DNA of 34,386 nucleotides from Archangium sp. Lineage in GTDB: Bacteria; Myxococcota; Myxococcia; Myxococcales; Myxococcaceae. A program made the translations under genes and the position numbers. Below the pieces are notes generated by a model. The model saw only the letters and a list, made by a program, of their open reading frames with translations. It did no database searches and was not told where the DNA came from. Shown here piece after piece: positions 25,976 to 34,386 of this stretch (the stretch's first letter is position 1; each line of letters opens with the position of its first letter). Location: NCBI GenBank assembly GCA_031367385.1, contig JANLPS010000137.1, forward strand, positions 1 to 34,386. The letters are read 5' to 3'.

Positions 25976-27133
25976 TTACTCCTGTACCAGGGCCGAGTTG
26001 GCGCGCTTGTAGACCTGCAAGTCGCCACCGCCCAACCGAGTAACGAAGGTCATCGGAGGCGTGCCGCCATCTGGACCGGTGTCGATGGCGACCAGAAACA
26101 GGCGGCTCTCACTCTCACCAACGCCCGCATCATGGCTGTCGGAGAACGGCGATTGGAGGTGCTCCGTCAGCGCATACCCCTGCCCACCCGATTTCAGCCG
26201 CGAATACACGTCGAGCACGCCATCTGGCTCACGCCACAGCATGTCTTGCCGGCCGTCTCCATCGACGTCGGCCACGAACACGCGGCTGCCCGTCGCCCAG
26301 CCCTCTGAGTCGGGCAACATTTTGTTGTTGATAGCGGCGCCGACCCAATCGAAGTCCAACCCGGTCGAGCTGAAGATGCCAATTTCTCCGCTCCCATACC
26401 TGACCAGGAGATCATCGTCGGCGTCGCCGTCCCACTTGAGGGCGACGAACCGATTCGGTGCACCATAGCCGCAGGCGTCCGACAGGCCGGCCTCGACGAC
26501 CGCGACCAACGCGAAGCCCCAACACCCGCCCTCCATTTGCTTCGACTCCCACAACTGCAAGTCGCCGCTCGCGGACCTCGCGACGAGGTCTTTGAAGCCG
26601 TCACCCGAGAAATCCATCTGGATGAAGCGATTGGGGTCAGACCACCCCTCGCTGTCGGGAAATGCGGGCGTCTTGCACCCTGACGCAACGAAGCCGAGGC
26701 CGTTCGAGTACCAGGTCTCGAGCACACCCGACGCGCTTCGAAAGACGAGGTCGTCTTTGCCGTCGTGATTCACGTCGCTCACGAAGATGCGGTTCGGCTC
26801 GCCCCAGCCGAGGTAGTCGCTCCAGCCGGTGGCCCATCGGCGCACCCGCGCGCCACCCGCGCGGAGCATGGCCGGCTGCAGGCGCGCGCCATCCGACTTC
26901 CACAGGCGAAACCCACCTCCTGGGTCGCGAGACAAAAAATCCTGGTCGGCATCTCCGTCGAAGCGAATGGGCCAGAAGTGACCGGGCTCGTCGAAGGGAG
27001 ACGAGGCCAGCGCGGCGCCGGGGTCTACCGGCGCTGCAGTCTCTTGGCAGTGCCCGCTGAGCACCTTCGGAGGCGCGAAGGGCTGTGTGCACGATGAGGC
27101 CAACGCCGCCGCGATGAGAAAGAAGGTCTTCAC
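25976..27133 (-). CDS. FG-GAP/VCBS-repeat beta-propeller lipoprotein
   Basis: GTG 27133 MKTFFLIAAALASSC lipobox. About 5-6 repeats: FDGDADQDFL, DVNHDGKDDLV, DFSGDGFKDLV, WDGDADDDLL, DVDGDGRQDML. Confidence 0.85.
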   Translation of the reverse strand: MKTFFLIAAALASSCTQPFAPPKVLSGHCQETAAPVDPGAALASSPFDEPGHFWPIRFDGDADQDFLSRDPGGGFRLWKSDGARLQPAMLRAGGARVRRWATGWSDYLGWGEPNRIFVSDVNHDGKDDLVFRSASGVLETWYSNGLGFVASGCKTPAFPDSEGWSDPNRFIQMDFSGDGFKDLVARSASGDLQLWESKQMEGGCWGFALVAVVEAGLSDACGYGAPNRFVALKWDGDADDDLLVRYGSGEIGIFSSTGLDFDWVGAAINNKMLPDSEGWATGSRVFVADVDGDGRQDMLWREPDGVLDVYSRLKSGGQGYALTEHLQSPFSDSHDAGVGESESRLFLVAIDTGPDGGTPPMTFVTRLGGGDLQVYKRANSALVQE

Positions 27134-28725
27134 GGAGCGTCGCTCCCGAGGTGTCTGAGCACGTTCAAGGTGACCTGCTGGCCCGTGTTCGGGGGCTGCG
27201 CCACGTTCAGGTACGCATTCCACAAGCAGCGGCTCCACCAGATCGAACCACCCGCGAAGACCCACCCCCGCGAGTCGGTCTCGGCGAAGTGAGGGTCTCT
27301 CCACACCGTGACCGCCGCGTTGCCGGGTCGCCCGGTTCGGGTGCCATTCGGGAGCACGCCCGCATCGCTAATGTATCGACTGGCGATCACCGAGAAATTC
27401 GGCGGAGCCGTGAACGCTGGCAGTTGATACGAATTCGCAAACAACGGGTCGTTCGGCTCGAGAACGCCATCGTCATTCTTGTCTGGCACGCCATCGGTCT
27501 CGTACCCGATCATGTTGAGGCCGCCGCCGCCGATGAGACCACCCGCGCCGATGCCGGTATCGGCCAGCACCCACTCGGGGCCGAACCCCGTCACGCGATA
27601 GGCATAGTCGGTGAACGACCCGCCCTCGTACCACATGCCCACCCGGCTCGTGACGCCCAGGGCGAGCTCCTCCGCGCCGCCGTCGTCGTTGAAGAAGTGA
27701 TCGGTGTGCTCGTTCTTGGCGGTCTTCATGACCTGGTTGCTCGCGCCCGTGGTCGGTGACGCCGAGAAGCTGACTCGCCAGTACATCGTGTTGCCAGAGA
27801 GCGCGGCGATGTTGCCCCCGGCGGCTCTGAAGCCTTCGAGGTTGTTTCGCATCTGCTGCGACCAGTACTCGTCATGCCCGACCAGAACGACGAGCCTGTA
27901 CCCAGTCGTCAACGACGCGTCGCCATGCAGGTCGGTGCTGGTGGCAAAGTCGACCTTGCCGAGCTCCGCTTCTTTGCTGGTCACCCAGCGGGCGAGCAAG
28001 TACTCGGGCCCAGGCGAGATCAACGTCGCGTCACCGTGGGCCGTGCTGACGATGCCGGTCGAGCCGGGCCGCTCGAACGAGACCGCGCCGCTCGCCGCAC
28101 GATTCGAAGAGTTGGTGCGATACAGGCTCTTGCCGCCGAACGCGTTGTACGCGTTGTTCGTTGCGAACGGCATGATCACCAGAATCTTCGCTTTGTTCGA
28201 GGGCTTGGCCTTCACCACGAAGGGGATGCGCCACACCCCGCCGACGTAGCTCGTCAGCGTGGCGTAGTAGACGGCGCTCGGCCAATCGTCGGGCACGTCA
28301 AGCGCGAACGAGTTCTCCCAACCAAAGCCCGCGGCGTAGCCATCGGTCGGGTTGCCACCAGCGCCAGCCTTCGGCGACTCGATGACGGTTCGCGCGTGCT
28401 CCGCCGCAGAAGCGCTGGTCATCAAGATCGCGTTCGAGCCGCTCAACCTGAAGATCTGAATCGCCGTCGTGCGATCTGGCACCGTGTTCACGTCACCAGG
28501 CTTCGATCGTGAATATGAGAACTCTGGCTGGTACGGGCCGCTAATTCTGAAGAGGAGCGTCTCGCCGGCGGTGACCGATGGTTGAGACGCGTACCCCGAG
28601 AGTGTGCCCCATACGGGGTGAGCGACGCGATCGGCTTTGACCCAACAGTCTCCAGGGTCAGGGCAGGTTTGTGCCAACGCCTGGCCCCAGGCGATGCACA
28701 GCGCGCAAACGAGGAGAAATCGCAT
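27130..28725 (-). CDS. Secreted N,N-dimethylformamidase beta-subunit-like (DUF6605) protein
   Basis: Signal MRFLLVCALCIAWGQALA (ATG 28725); GYASQPSV..GE, VPDDWPSAVY, TNNAYNAFGGKSLY, VSFERP, GHDEYWS, GGN...SGNTMYWRV, GYETD, VFAGGSIWW. Confidence 0.82.
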   Translation of the reverse strand: MRFLLVCALCIAWGQALAQTCPDPGDCWVKADRVAHPVWGTLSGYASQPSVTAGETLLFRISGPYQPEFSYSRSKPGDVNTVPDRTTAIQIFRLSGSNAILMTSASAAEHARTVIESPKAGAGGNPTDGYAAGFGWENSFALDVPDDWPSAVYYATLTSYVGGVWRIPFVVKAKPSNKAKILVIMPFATNNAYNAFGGKSLYRTNSSNRAASGAVSFERPGSTGIVSTAHGDATLISPGPEYLLARWVTSKEAELGKVDFATSTDLHGDASLTTGYRLVVLVGHDEYWSQQMRNNLEGFRAAGGNIAALSGNTMYWRVSFSASPTTGASNQVMKTAKNEHTDHFFNDDGGAEELALGVTSRVGMWYEGGSFTDYAYRVTGFGPEWVLADTGIGAGGLIGGGGLNMIGYETDGVPDKNDDGVLEPNDPLFANSYQLPAFTAPPNFSVIASRYISDAGVLPNGTRTGRPGNAAVTVWRDPHFAETDSRGWVFAGGSIWWSRCLWNAYLNVAQPPNTGQQVTLNVLRHLGSDAP

Positions 28726-28965
28726 CTGAACCACCAGACGGAGACGGGGGCTTTCGAGCTGGAACAAAGCAGCGTTCTCCAAGCGATGGCAATGGCCGTC
28801 GGCGGGTGCGTCATTTGCCCCGTCAGAAATCTGAAAGCCTCACGCTCTTTGGAGATCGGCTGCACGAGTCGGGCCGCTTCGCCGGACATGTGACGGCCGA
28901 GTCACGCGGCTTCGCGATACAGCATGCTTGACCCACCTACCCCGCTGCCCTACGCACGAAAAACG

Positions 28966-29985
28966 ATGAATGTGCTCATCACTGGCGGCTGCGGCTTTAT
29001 CGGCTCGAACCTCGTCAAGTACCTGCGACGAGCCCGCCCGGCGTACAACCTCGTCACGCTCGATTCTCTGACCTACGCGGGCAACCTCGAAAATCTGAGG
29101 GAGTTCGAGGGTGACGCGCACCACACCTTCATCAAGGGCGACATCGGCAACCGCGAGCTGGTCGAGCACGTGTTGCGTACCCACAAGATCGACTCGGTCT
29201 TGCACCTGGCCGCCGAGAGCCACGTCGACCGCTCGATTCTCGGCCCCGAGGCGTTCGTCAAAACCAACGTGCTCGGCACCAACGTGATGCTCGAGGCCGC
29301 CCGCGCGGTGGGCCTGAACCGCTTCGTCATGGTCTCGACCGACGAAGTCTACGGCTCGCTCGGCCCGACCGGGTTCTTCACCGAGACCACGCCGATCGCT
29401 CCCTCGAGCCCGTACTCGTCGTCAAAGGCCTCGGCCGACCTCATCACCCTCGCCTACCACCACACCTTCAAGATGAACGTGGTGGTGACCCGCTGCTCGA
29501 ACAACTACGGGCCATTTCAGTTTCCAGAGAAGTTGATCCCGCTGATGGTGGTCAACGCGCTCAGCGACAAGCAGCTCCCCGTGTACGGAGCGGGCACCAA
29601 CGTGCGCGACTGGCTGCACGTCGACGATCACTGCGCCGGCATCGTGCTGGCCCTCGAGAAGGGCAAAGCCGGAGAGGTCTACAACTTCGGTGGCGGCGCA
29701 GAGCGGCAAAACATTCAACTGGTCAAGACGATTCTCGCGCTGCTCAAGAAGCCCGAATCGCTGATCAAATTCGTCACCGATCGCCCTGGTCACGACCTGC
29801 GTTACGCGATCGACGCCTCGAAGGCGCAACGCGAGCTCGGGTGGAAGCCGACGTTCGTGTTCGAAGACGCGCTGGCGAAGACCGTGCAGTGGTACCTCGA
29901 CAACCGCGCCTGGTCTGAGCGGGTGATGTCGGGTGCATACAGAAACTACTACGACTCCCAGTACCAAGCCCGGTTGCAGAGCTGA
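28966..29985 (+). CDS. rfbB: dTDP-glucose 4,6-dehydratase
   Basis: TGGCGFIGSN, LTYAGN, HLAAESHVDRSI, STDEVYG, YSSSKA, NNYGPFQFPEKLIP, DRPGHDLRY. Confidence 0.97.
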   Translation: MNVLITGGCGFIGSNLVKYLRRARPAYNLVTLDSLTYAGNLENLREFEGDAHHTFIKGDIGNRELVEHVLRTHKIDSVLHLAAESHVDRSILGPEAFVKTNVLGTNVMLEAARAVGLNRFVMVSTDEVYGSLGPTGFFTETTPIAPSSPYSSSKASADLITLAYHHTFKMNVVVTRCSNNYGPFQFPEKLIPLMVVNALSDKQLPVYGAGTNVRDWLHVDDHCAGIVLALEKGKAGEVYNFGGGAERQNIQLVKTILALLKKPESLIKFVTDRPGHDLRYAIDASKAQRELGWKPTFVFEDALAKTVQWYLDNRAWSERVMSGAYRNYYDSQYQARLQS

Positions 29986-30860
29986 TGCGCGTACTCGTCA
30001 CCGGCACGAATGGCTTGCTGGGCAGCCGCGTCGTGAAAGCACTGGCGGCCCGTGGGCACGAACCGATCGCAACCGCTCGTGGAGATCGCCGCATCGCAGG
30101 CCCCGGTGAATTCTTCTCGGCCGACCTGACCGACGCGACCCAAGTCGACGAGATCATCAAGCGCACCAAGCCAGACCTCATCATCAACCCCGCCGGCATG
30201 ACCGACGTCGATGGCTGCGAGCGAGATCGAGCCGGAGCGTGGGCCGCCAACGCCGAAGCGCCCGCCGCCCTTGCGCGAAGCGGCGTGCACTTGATTCATG
30301 TCTCGACCGACTACGTGTTCGACGGCTCCGCCGGGCCGTACGACGTCGACGCGGTGCCGAACCCCCGAGGCGTGTACGCCACCAGCAAGTACGCCGGTGA
30401 GCTGGCAGTGAAGAGCCTCGCGTCGAGCTGGACCATCGCTCGCACCGCAGTCGTTTACGGCTGGCCCGCCGCGGCGAGGCCCAACTTCGGCAGCTGGCTG
30501 GTGAGCACGCTGAAAGCCGGCAAACCGGTGAACTTGTTTGACGATCAGTGGGTGACTCCCTCGCTCGCGACCAACGTCGCCGCCATGTTGGCAGAGCTCG
30601 CAGAGAAAAAGGCCCAGGGCTTCTTTCACGTCGCCGGCGCCGAGGTCGTCGACCGTGTCGCGTTCGGCCGCGCCGTCACCACCCGTTTCGGCCTCGATGA
30701 AAAGCTCATCGTCCCCACCCACATGCGCGACGTGAAGCTCGCGATACCCAGGCCAGTGCACAGCGGGCTCAACGTCAGCAAAACGGCCGCAACCCTCGAG
30801 ACCAAGCCCCTCGCACTCGTCGCCGCGCTCGACCAATTTTTCCAGGAGACTCAAGTATGA
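29985..30860 (+). CDS. rfbD: dTDP-4-dehydrorhamnose reductase
   Basis: [34 protein letters not shown]; operon position. Confidence 0.93.
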   Translation: MRVLVTGTNGLLGSRVVKALAARGHEPIATARGDRRIAGPGEFFSADLTDATQVDEIIKRTKPDLIINPAGMTDVDGCERDRAGAWAANAEAPAALARSGVHLIHVSTDYVFDGSAGPYDVDAVPNPRGVYATSKYAGELAVKSLASSWTIARTAVVYGWPAAARPNFGSWLVSTLKAGKPVNLFDDQWVTPSLATNVAAMLAELAEKKAQGFFHVAGAEVVDRVAFGRAVTTRFGLDEKLIVPTHMRDVKLAIPRPVHSGLNVSKTAATLETKPLALVAALDQFFQETQV

Positions 30861-31720
30861 AAGGCATCGTTCTCGCCGGAGGCTCAGGCACCCGCCTCTA
30901 CCCGCTGACCCGCGTGGTCTCGAAGCAGCTGCTGCCGATCTACGACAAGCCGATGGTCTACTACCCGCTGAGCGCGCTGATGCTGGCGGGCATTCGCGAG
31001 ATCTTGATCATCTCGACTCCGCAAGATCTGCCGCGGTTTCGCGAGCTGCTCGGTTCGGGTGAGCAGTGGGGCTGCTCGTTCTCGTACGAAGAACAACAAG
31101 TGCCCAACGGCCTGGCTCAGGCCTTCGTCATCGGCCGCAAGTTCGTCGGCAACGACCCCGTTTCATTGGTGCTCGGAGACAACATCTTCTACGGCTCGGG
31201 GCTCATCAATCACCTGCAGCGAGCCGCGAAGACGACCTCGGGCGCAGTGGTGTTCGGCTACCAGGTCAAAGACCCCGAGCGCTACGGAGTGGTCGAGCTC
31301 GACAAGTCGTTCAAAGCGCTCTCGATCGAAGAGAAACCGAAGCACCCCAAGTCGAACTTCGCCGTGACGGGGCTCTACTTCTACGACAACCAGGTGCTCG
31401 ACATCGCGCGCGACTTGAAGCCCTCGGCGCGTGGCGAGTACGAGATCACCGACGTGAACCAGGCCTACCTGCAGCGCGGCCAGCTCTCGGTCGAAGTGCT
31501 CAGCCGCGGGTATGCCTGGCTCGACACCGGCACCCACGAGTCACTGATGGAGGCCTCGAGCTTCATTCACATCATCGAGCAACGCACCGGCCTCAAAGTC
31601 GCGTGCCTCGAAGAGATCGCCTACCGCAACAAGTGGATCACCGCCGACCAGGTCGCCAAGACGGCCGAGCCGATGAAGAAAAATGCGTATGGCCAGTACC
31701 TCCTCGATTTGATCAAGTAG
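30857..31720 (+). CDS. rfbA: Glucose-1-phosphate thymidylyltransferase
   Basis: [54 protein letters not shown]. Confidence 0.98.
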   Translation: MKGIVLAGGSGTRLYPLTRVVSKQLLPIYDKPMVYYPLSALMLAGIREILIISTPQDLPRFRELLGSGEQWGCSFSYEEQQVPNGLAQAFVIGRKFVGNDPVSLVLGDNIFYGSGLINHLQRAAKTTSGAVVFGYQVKDPERYGVVELDKSFKALSIEEKPKHPKSNFAVTGLYFYDNQVLDIARDLKPSARGEYEITDVNQAYLQRGQLSVEVLSRGYAWLDTGTHESLMEASSFIHIIEQRTGLKVACLEEIAYRNKWITADQVAKTAEPMKKNAYGQYLLDLIK

Positions 31721-31727
31721 CGCCACC

Positions 31728-32276
31728 GTGAACATCGAGCCGACACGTTTCGAAGGGTTGTTCGTGATTACGCCGCGCGTCTTCGCTGATGACCGTGGGT
31801 TTTTTCTCGAGACGTTCAACGCCGAGCGATACCGCCAGCAACTGGGCATCGCTGACCCATTCGTTCAAGACAACTGGTCGCGCTCTGAGAAAGACACCCT
31901 TCGCGGGCTGCATTTTCAGAACCCGAACGCCCAGGGCAAGCTGGTGTGGTGCACCAAGGGCTCGGTGTTCGACGTGGCGGTTGATTTGCGGCCGGGGTCT
32001 CCGACGCGGCTGCAGTGGTTTGGCGTTGAGCTCACCGAGGCGAACAAGAAGCAGCTCTTCGTGCCCAAGGGCTTCGCGCACGGCTTCTGCGTGACTTCTG
32101 AGACCGCTGACTTCGTTTACAAGTGCACCGAGGTGTATCGGCCAGCCGACGAGCGTTCACTCCGGTGGGACGACCCGGCCCTCGGCATCACGTGGCCGGT
32201 GAAGGCGCCGAAGCTGTCGAAGAAAGACGCCGCCGCGCCCCCGTTGGGTGCGGTGCTGGCCGCCCTCGCACTGTGA
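31728..32276 (+). CDS. rfbC: dTDP-4-dehydrorhamnose 3,5-epimerase
   Basis: DDRGFFLETF, VQDN.S.S, LRGLHFQ, QGKLV, DVAVDLR..SPT, PKGFAHGF, YKC, WDDP. Confidence 0.97.
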   Translation: MNIEPTRFEGLFVITPRVFADDRGFFLETFNAERYRQQLGIADPFVQDNWSRSEKDTLRGLHFQNPNAQGKLVWCTKGSVFDVAVDLRPGSPTRLQWFGVELTEANKKQLFVPKGFAHGFCVTSETADFVYKCTEVYRPADERSLRWDDPALGITWPVKAPKLSKKDAAAPPLGAVLAALAL

Positions 32277-32285
32277 AGCAGCAGC

Positions 32286-33092
32286 TCATGGAGACGAGGC
32301 GGTGTGTGGTGACGCAGACAGGGCGGGTCCTTCGAGTCCCGCAGGACGAACGAATTCGATCAGGAGCGCCACCGTCGCGCTCACCAGCGTCACGACCGCT
32401 GAGATGTCGGCCACGAGGAATACCGTTCGGGTGCTCTGAACCAGTGGATGCGTGCAGGCGCCCTTGCACGACTCGAGCGCACTTTTCTGCACGAACCCGC
32501 TGATGCCGAACCCCGCCCAGAGGCCCCCAGCCAGCACGGCCAAGCCCCCAGTCACCCACGCCATCGCCGGAGTGGGCCTGCGAGAAGTGACCAAGGGCAC
32601 GTCGCTCGCCACCATCACCGCGGGTGGAGGGAGGAGCGGCGCCTCGCGCACCACCACCTCGATGGGCCGGTTCTTCTCACCTTCGCGAATCACCACCTGC
32701 TGCTCTTCGAGGAACCGCCCCTCTCGCTCGAACCGCAGCGCATGCCTGCCGGGGTTGAGCTCCACGGCCTTCCCGTCCAACCGGGTGATCAATCGCTGAC
32801 CATCGACCGACACCGAGACTTCGAGCACATCAGCGCCCTGCGCATCTTTCGCGGCGATCACCACCGACGGCATTCGACTCTCGAGCTTGCGAAGGTCTTC
32901 GACGCACAACGGCCGCATCGCGGCGGGGCACTTCTCCGAGGCACACGAGACGAGCGCGGCCTGCGCACCCATCAAGTCGCCCGACTTCGTCAGCTGCCCC
33001 GACGCCGTGAAGGCCCTCGAACAGGCATCTTCGGCCGCCACCGTCGAAGCACCCAACGCCACCACCACCAGCATCACCCGCATCGCTAGCAT
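32286..33092 (-). CDS. Secreted/membrane PEGA-domain protein of myxobacterial type
   Basis: Signal peptide, Cys-containing helical domain (C...CASEKCP...C), PEGA-like VSVDG...ELNPGRHALRFE...VVIREGEK, two C-terminal hydrophobic segments. Start (33092 or 33083) abuts the kinase stop. Confidence 0.75.
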   Translation of the reverse strand: MLAMRVMLVVVALGASTVAAEDACSRAFTASGQLTKSGDLMGAQAALVSCASEKCPAAMRPLCVEDLRKLESRMPSVVIAAKDAQGADVLEVSVSVDGQRLITRLDGKAVELNPGRHALRFEREGRFLEEQQVVIREGEKNRPIEVVVREAPLLPPPAVMVASDVPLVTSRRPTPAMAWVTGGLAVLAGGLWAGFGISGFVQKSALESCKGACTHPLVQSTRTVFLVADISAVVTLVSATVALLIEFVRPAGLEGPALSASPHTASSP

Positions 33093-34386
33093 CCCGCCTT
33101 CCAGTGACGCGTGCCGTCGGGCTCGACCGTGTACGGCGGCGTGCACCGCGCTTTGCCCTCGCCCTTGGGCCCCGCCGGCCGCACCTTCGGAGCAAGAGGC
33201 GCCACGGGCTGAGCCGACGTCGTCAACGTCGGCCGGATGATCGCGCTCGGCGTCGGTGGCTCGGTCGCGCTCAGCGTCGGCTGGTCGGCTACCACCGGCG
33301 CCGGCGGAGGCCCCTGCAGCACCAAGCTCTCGACCTGCGCCGTTCGGCTCGCGCGAATCGTCAACGCCAGCACTGCTGCCAGCACCGCCACGCCAACTGC
33401 GACGGCGAGCACCCTGCGAGGCCCGGGAGCGCTCGGCTTGGGCTCAGCCACCGTTGCGAGCCTCGGCACCGATTCGAGCTCTCTGACCAGCGCCGCGTGC
33501 GACTCGAGCGCCTGGCCCGCGATCTCCTCGACCCACGCCCCCACGGTTCGATTCGACTCGATGCCCATCACCTGCTCGAGCGCGACCGCCATCTCCAAGG
33601 CGCTCGCAAATCGATCATCTGGGTTGCGCGCCATGCCCCGCTGAACGATCGCCTCGAGCTCGACAGACATCTCTGGCCGCAGCACGCGCGGCGACGGCAC
33701 CGGCTTCTCGAGCACCTGTGTCATCACCGCCAGCGGCGACTCGGCCTTGAACAACCGCGTGCCCGTCAGCGCTTCGTAGAGCACCACCGAGGCGGCATAC
33801 ACGTCGGTACGGCGGTCGACCGCCCGGCCCCGAATCTGCTCGGGAGCCATGTAAAACGCCTTGCCTTTGACCTGGCCTTCTTGCGTCGCATGGGCCCGGC
33901 CGAGCGCCTTCGCGATGCCAAAGTCCGCCACCCGAACCACCCCATCTCGACCCACCAACAAGTTCTGCGGTGAGACATCGCGGTGCACCAACTGCATCGG
34001 CTCGCCGAGATCATTGGTGGCCTCATGCGCCGCCTGAAGCCCGTTGAGCGCCGCGGTGACGATGCTGGTCGCGATGGTGATCGGCATCTGCCCGCCGCCG
34101 CCGAGCGCCCGCATCAGCCCCGACAACGGCAAGCCAGGCACGTATTCGAGCACCAGCATCAGCTCGCCGCTCTCAGAGACCACGTCGAGCGTGGTGAGCA
34201 CATTCGGGTGGCGAATGCGCGAGGCCAACCGCGCCTCTTCGACGAACAGGGCAACCACCTCGGGGTCTTTGGCGAAGGTCGGGTGCAACCGTTTGATCGC
34301 CACGGTGCGCGAGAAGCCTTCAGAGCCGAGCAACCGGCCCAGGTGCACCGTCGCGGTACCGCCCGAGGCGATCTCATCGAACAGCA
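33086..34386 (-). CDS. Membrane Hanks-type Ser/Thr protein kinase, 5'-truncated
   Basis: Open to the window end (DEIASGGTATVH); VAIKRL, EARLA, HPNV, HRDVSPQN, DFG, YMAPEQ, DVYA; one TM, Pro/Thr linker, terminal CTPPYTVEPDGTRHWKAGC. Confidence 0.95.
   Translation of the reverse strand, partial: LFDEIASGGTATVHLGRLLGSEGFSRTVAIKRLHPTFAKDPEVVALFVEEARLASRIRHPNVLTTLDVVSESGELMLVLEYVPGLPLSGLMRALGGGGQMPITIATSIVTAALNGLQAAHEATNDLGEPMQLVHRDVSPQNLLVGRDGVVRVADFGIAKALGRAHATQEGQVKGKAFYMAPEQIRGRAVDRRTDVYAASVVLYEALTGTRLFKAESPLAVMTQVLEKPVPSPRVLRPEMSVELEAIVQRGMARNPDDRFASALEMAVALEQVMGIESNRTVGAWVEEIAGQALESHAALVRELESVPRLATVAEPKPSAPGPRRVLAVAVGVAVLAAVLALTIRASRTAQVESLVLQGPPPAPVVADQPTLSATEPPTPSAIIRPTLTTSAQPVAPLAPKVRPAGPKGEGKARCTPPYTVEPDGTRHWKAGC

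Noticed and set aside
28889..28906. CRP/FNR-like site upstream of rfbB
   Set aside because: TGTGA and TCACG are separated by 8 nt rather than the required 6; kept only as a generic palindrome.

Overview
GC-rich bacterial chromosomal segment, most likely a myxobacterium (Myxococcota). This is an inference from the HRDVSPQN-type membrane Ser/Thr kinase with a PEGA-like partner and the heme-c/copper-monooxygenase lipoprotein. Left part (1-12.7 kb): a 5'-truncated hypothetical gene; a CysZ/EI24-like membrane protein; an XRE-cupin (SutR-like) regulator; the glyoxylate shunt aceB-aceA behind a very AT-rich, palindrome-rich leader; an alpha/beta hydrolase; a CxxCH + PHM-type copper monooxygenase lipoprotein; a DUF3516 Ski2-like helicase coupled to a PIG-V-like GT-C gene; and an RHH-MazF toxin-antitoxin pair. 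Middle and right (12.7-32.3 kb): a large surface-glycan locus with a UGM-like flavoenzyme, several multi-domain glycosyltransferases, three SAM methyltransferase domains, a GT-C-like membrane protein and rmlBDAC. A secreted DMFase-beta-like protein and an FG-GAP lipoprotein sit inside this locus. The window ends in a kinase/PEGA pair. Best candidate for an undescribed system: a modular glycan assembly line. It has a methyltransferase-coiled-coil-GT fusion, plus a tiny stand-alone coiled-coil protein whose C-terminal PPLR-x-V-x-VD-xx-N motif also ends a large GT4-GT2 enzyme encoded about 10 kb away. Several genes also show leaderless sigma70 promoter geometry. No rRNA, tRNA, CRISPR array or transposase was seen. 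All family assignments are by-eye motif recognition; no searches were run.
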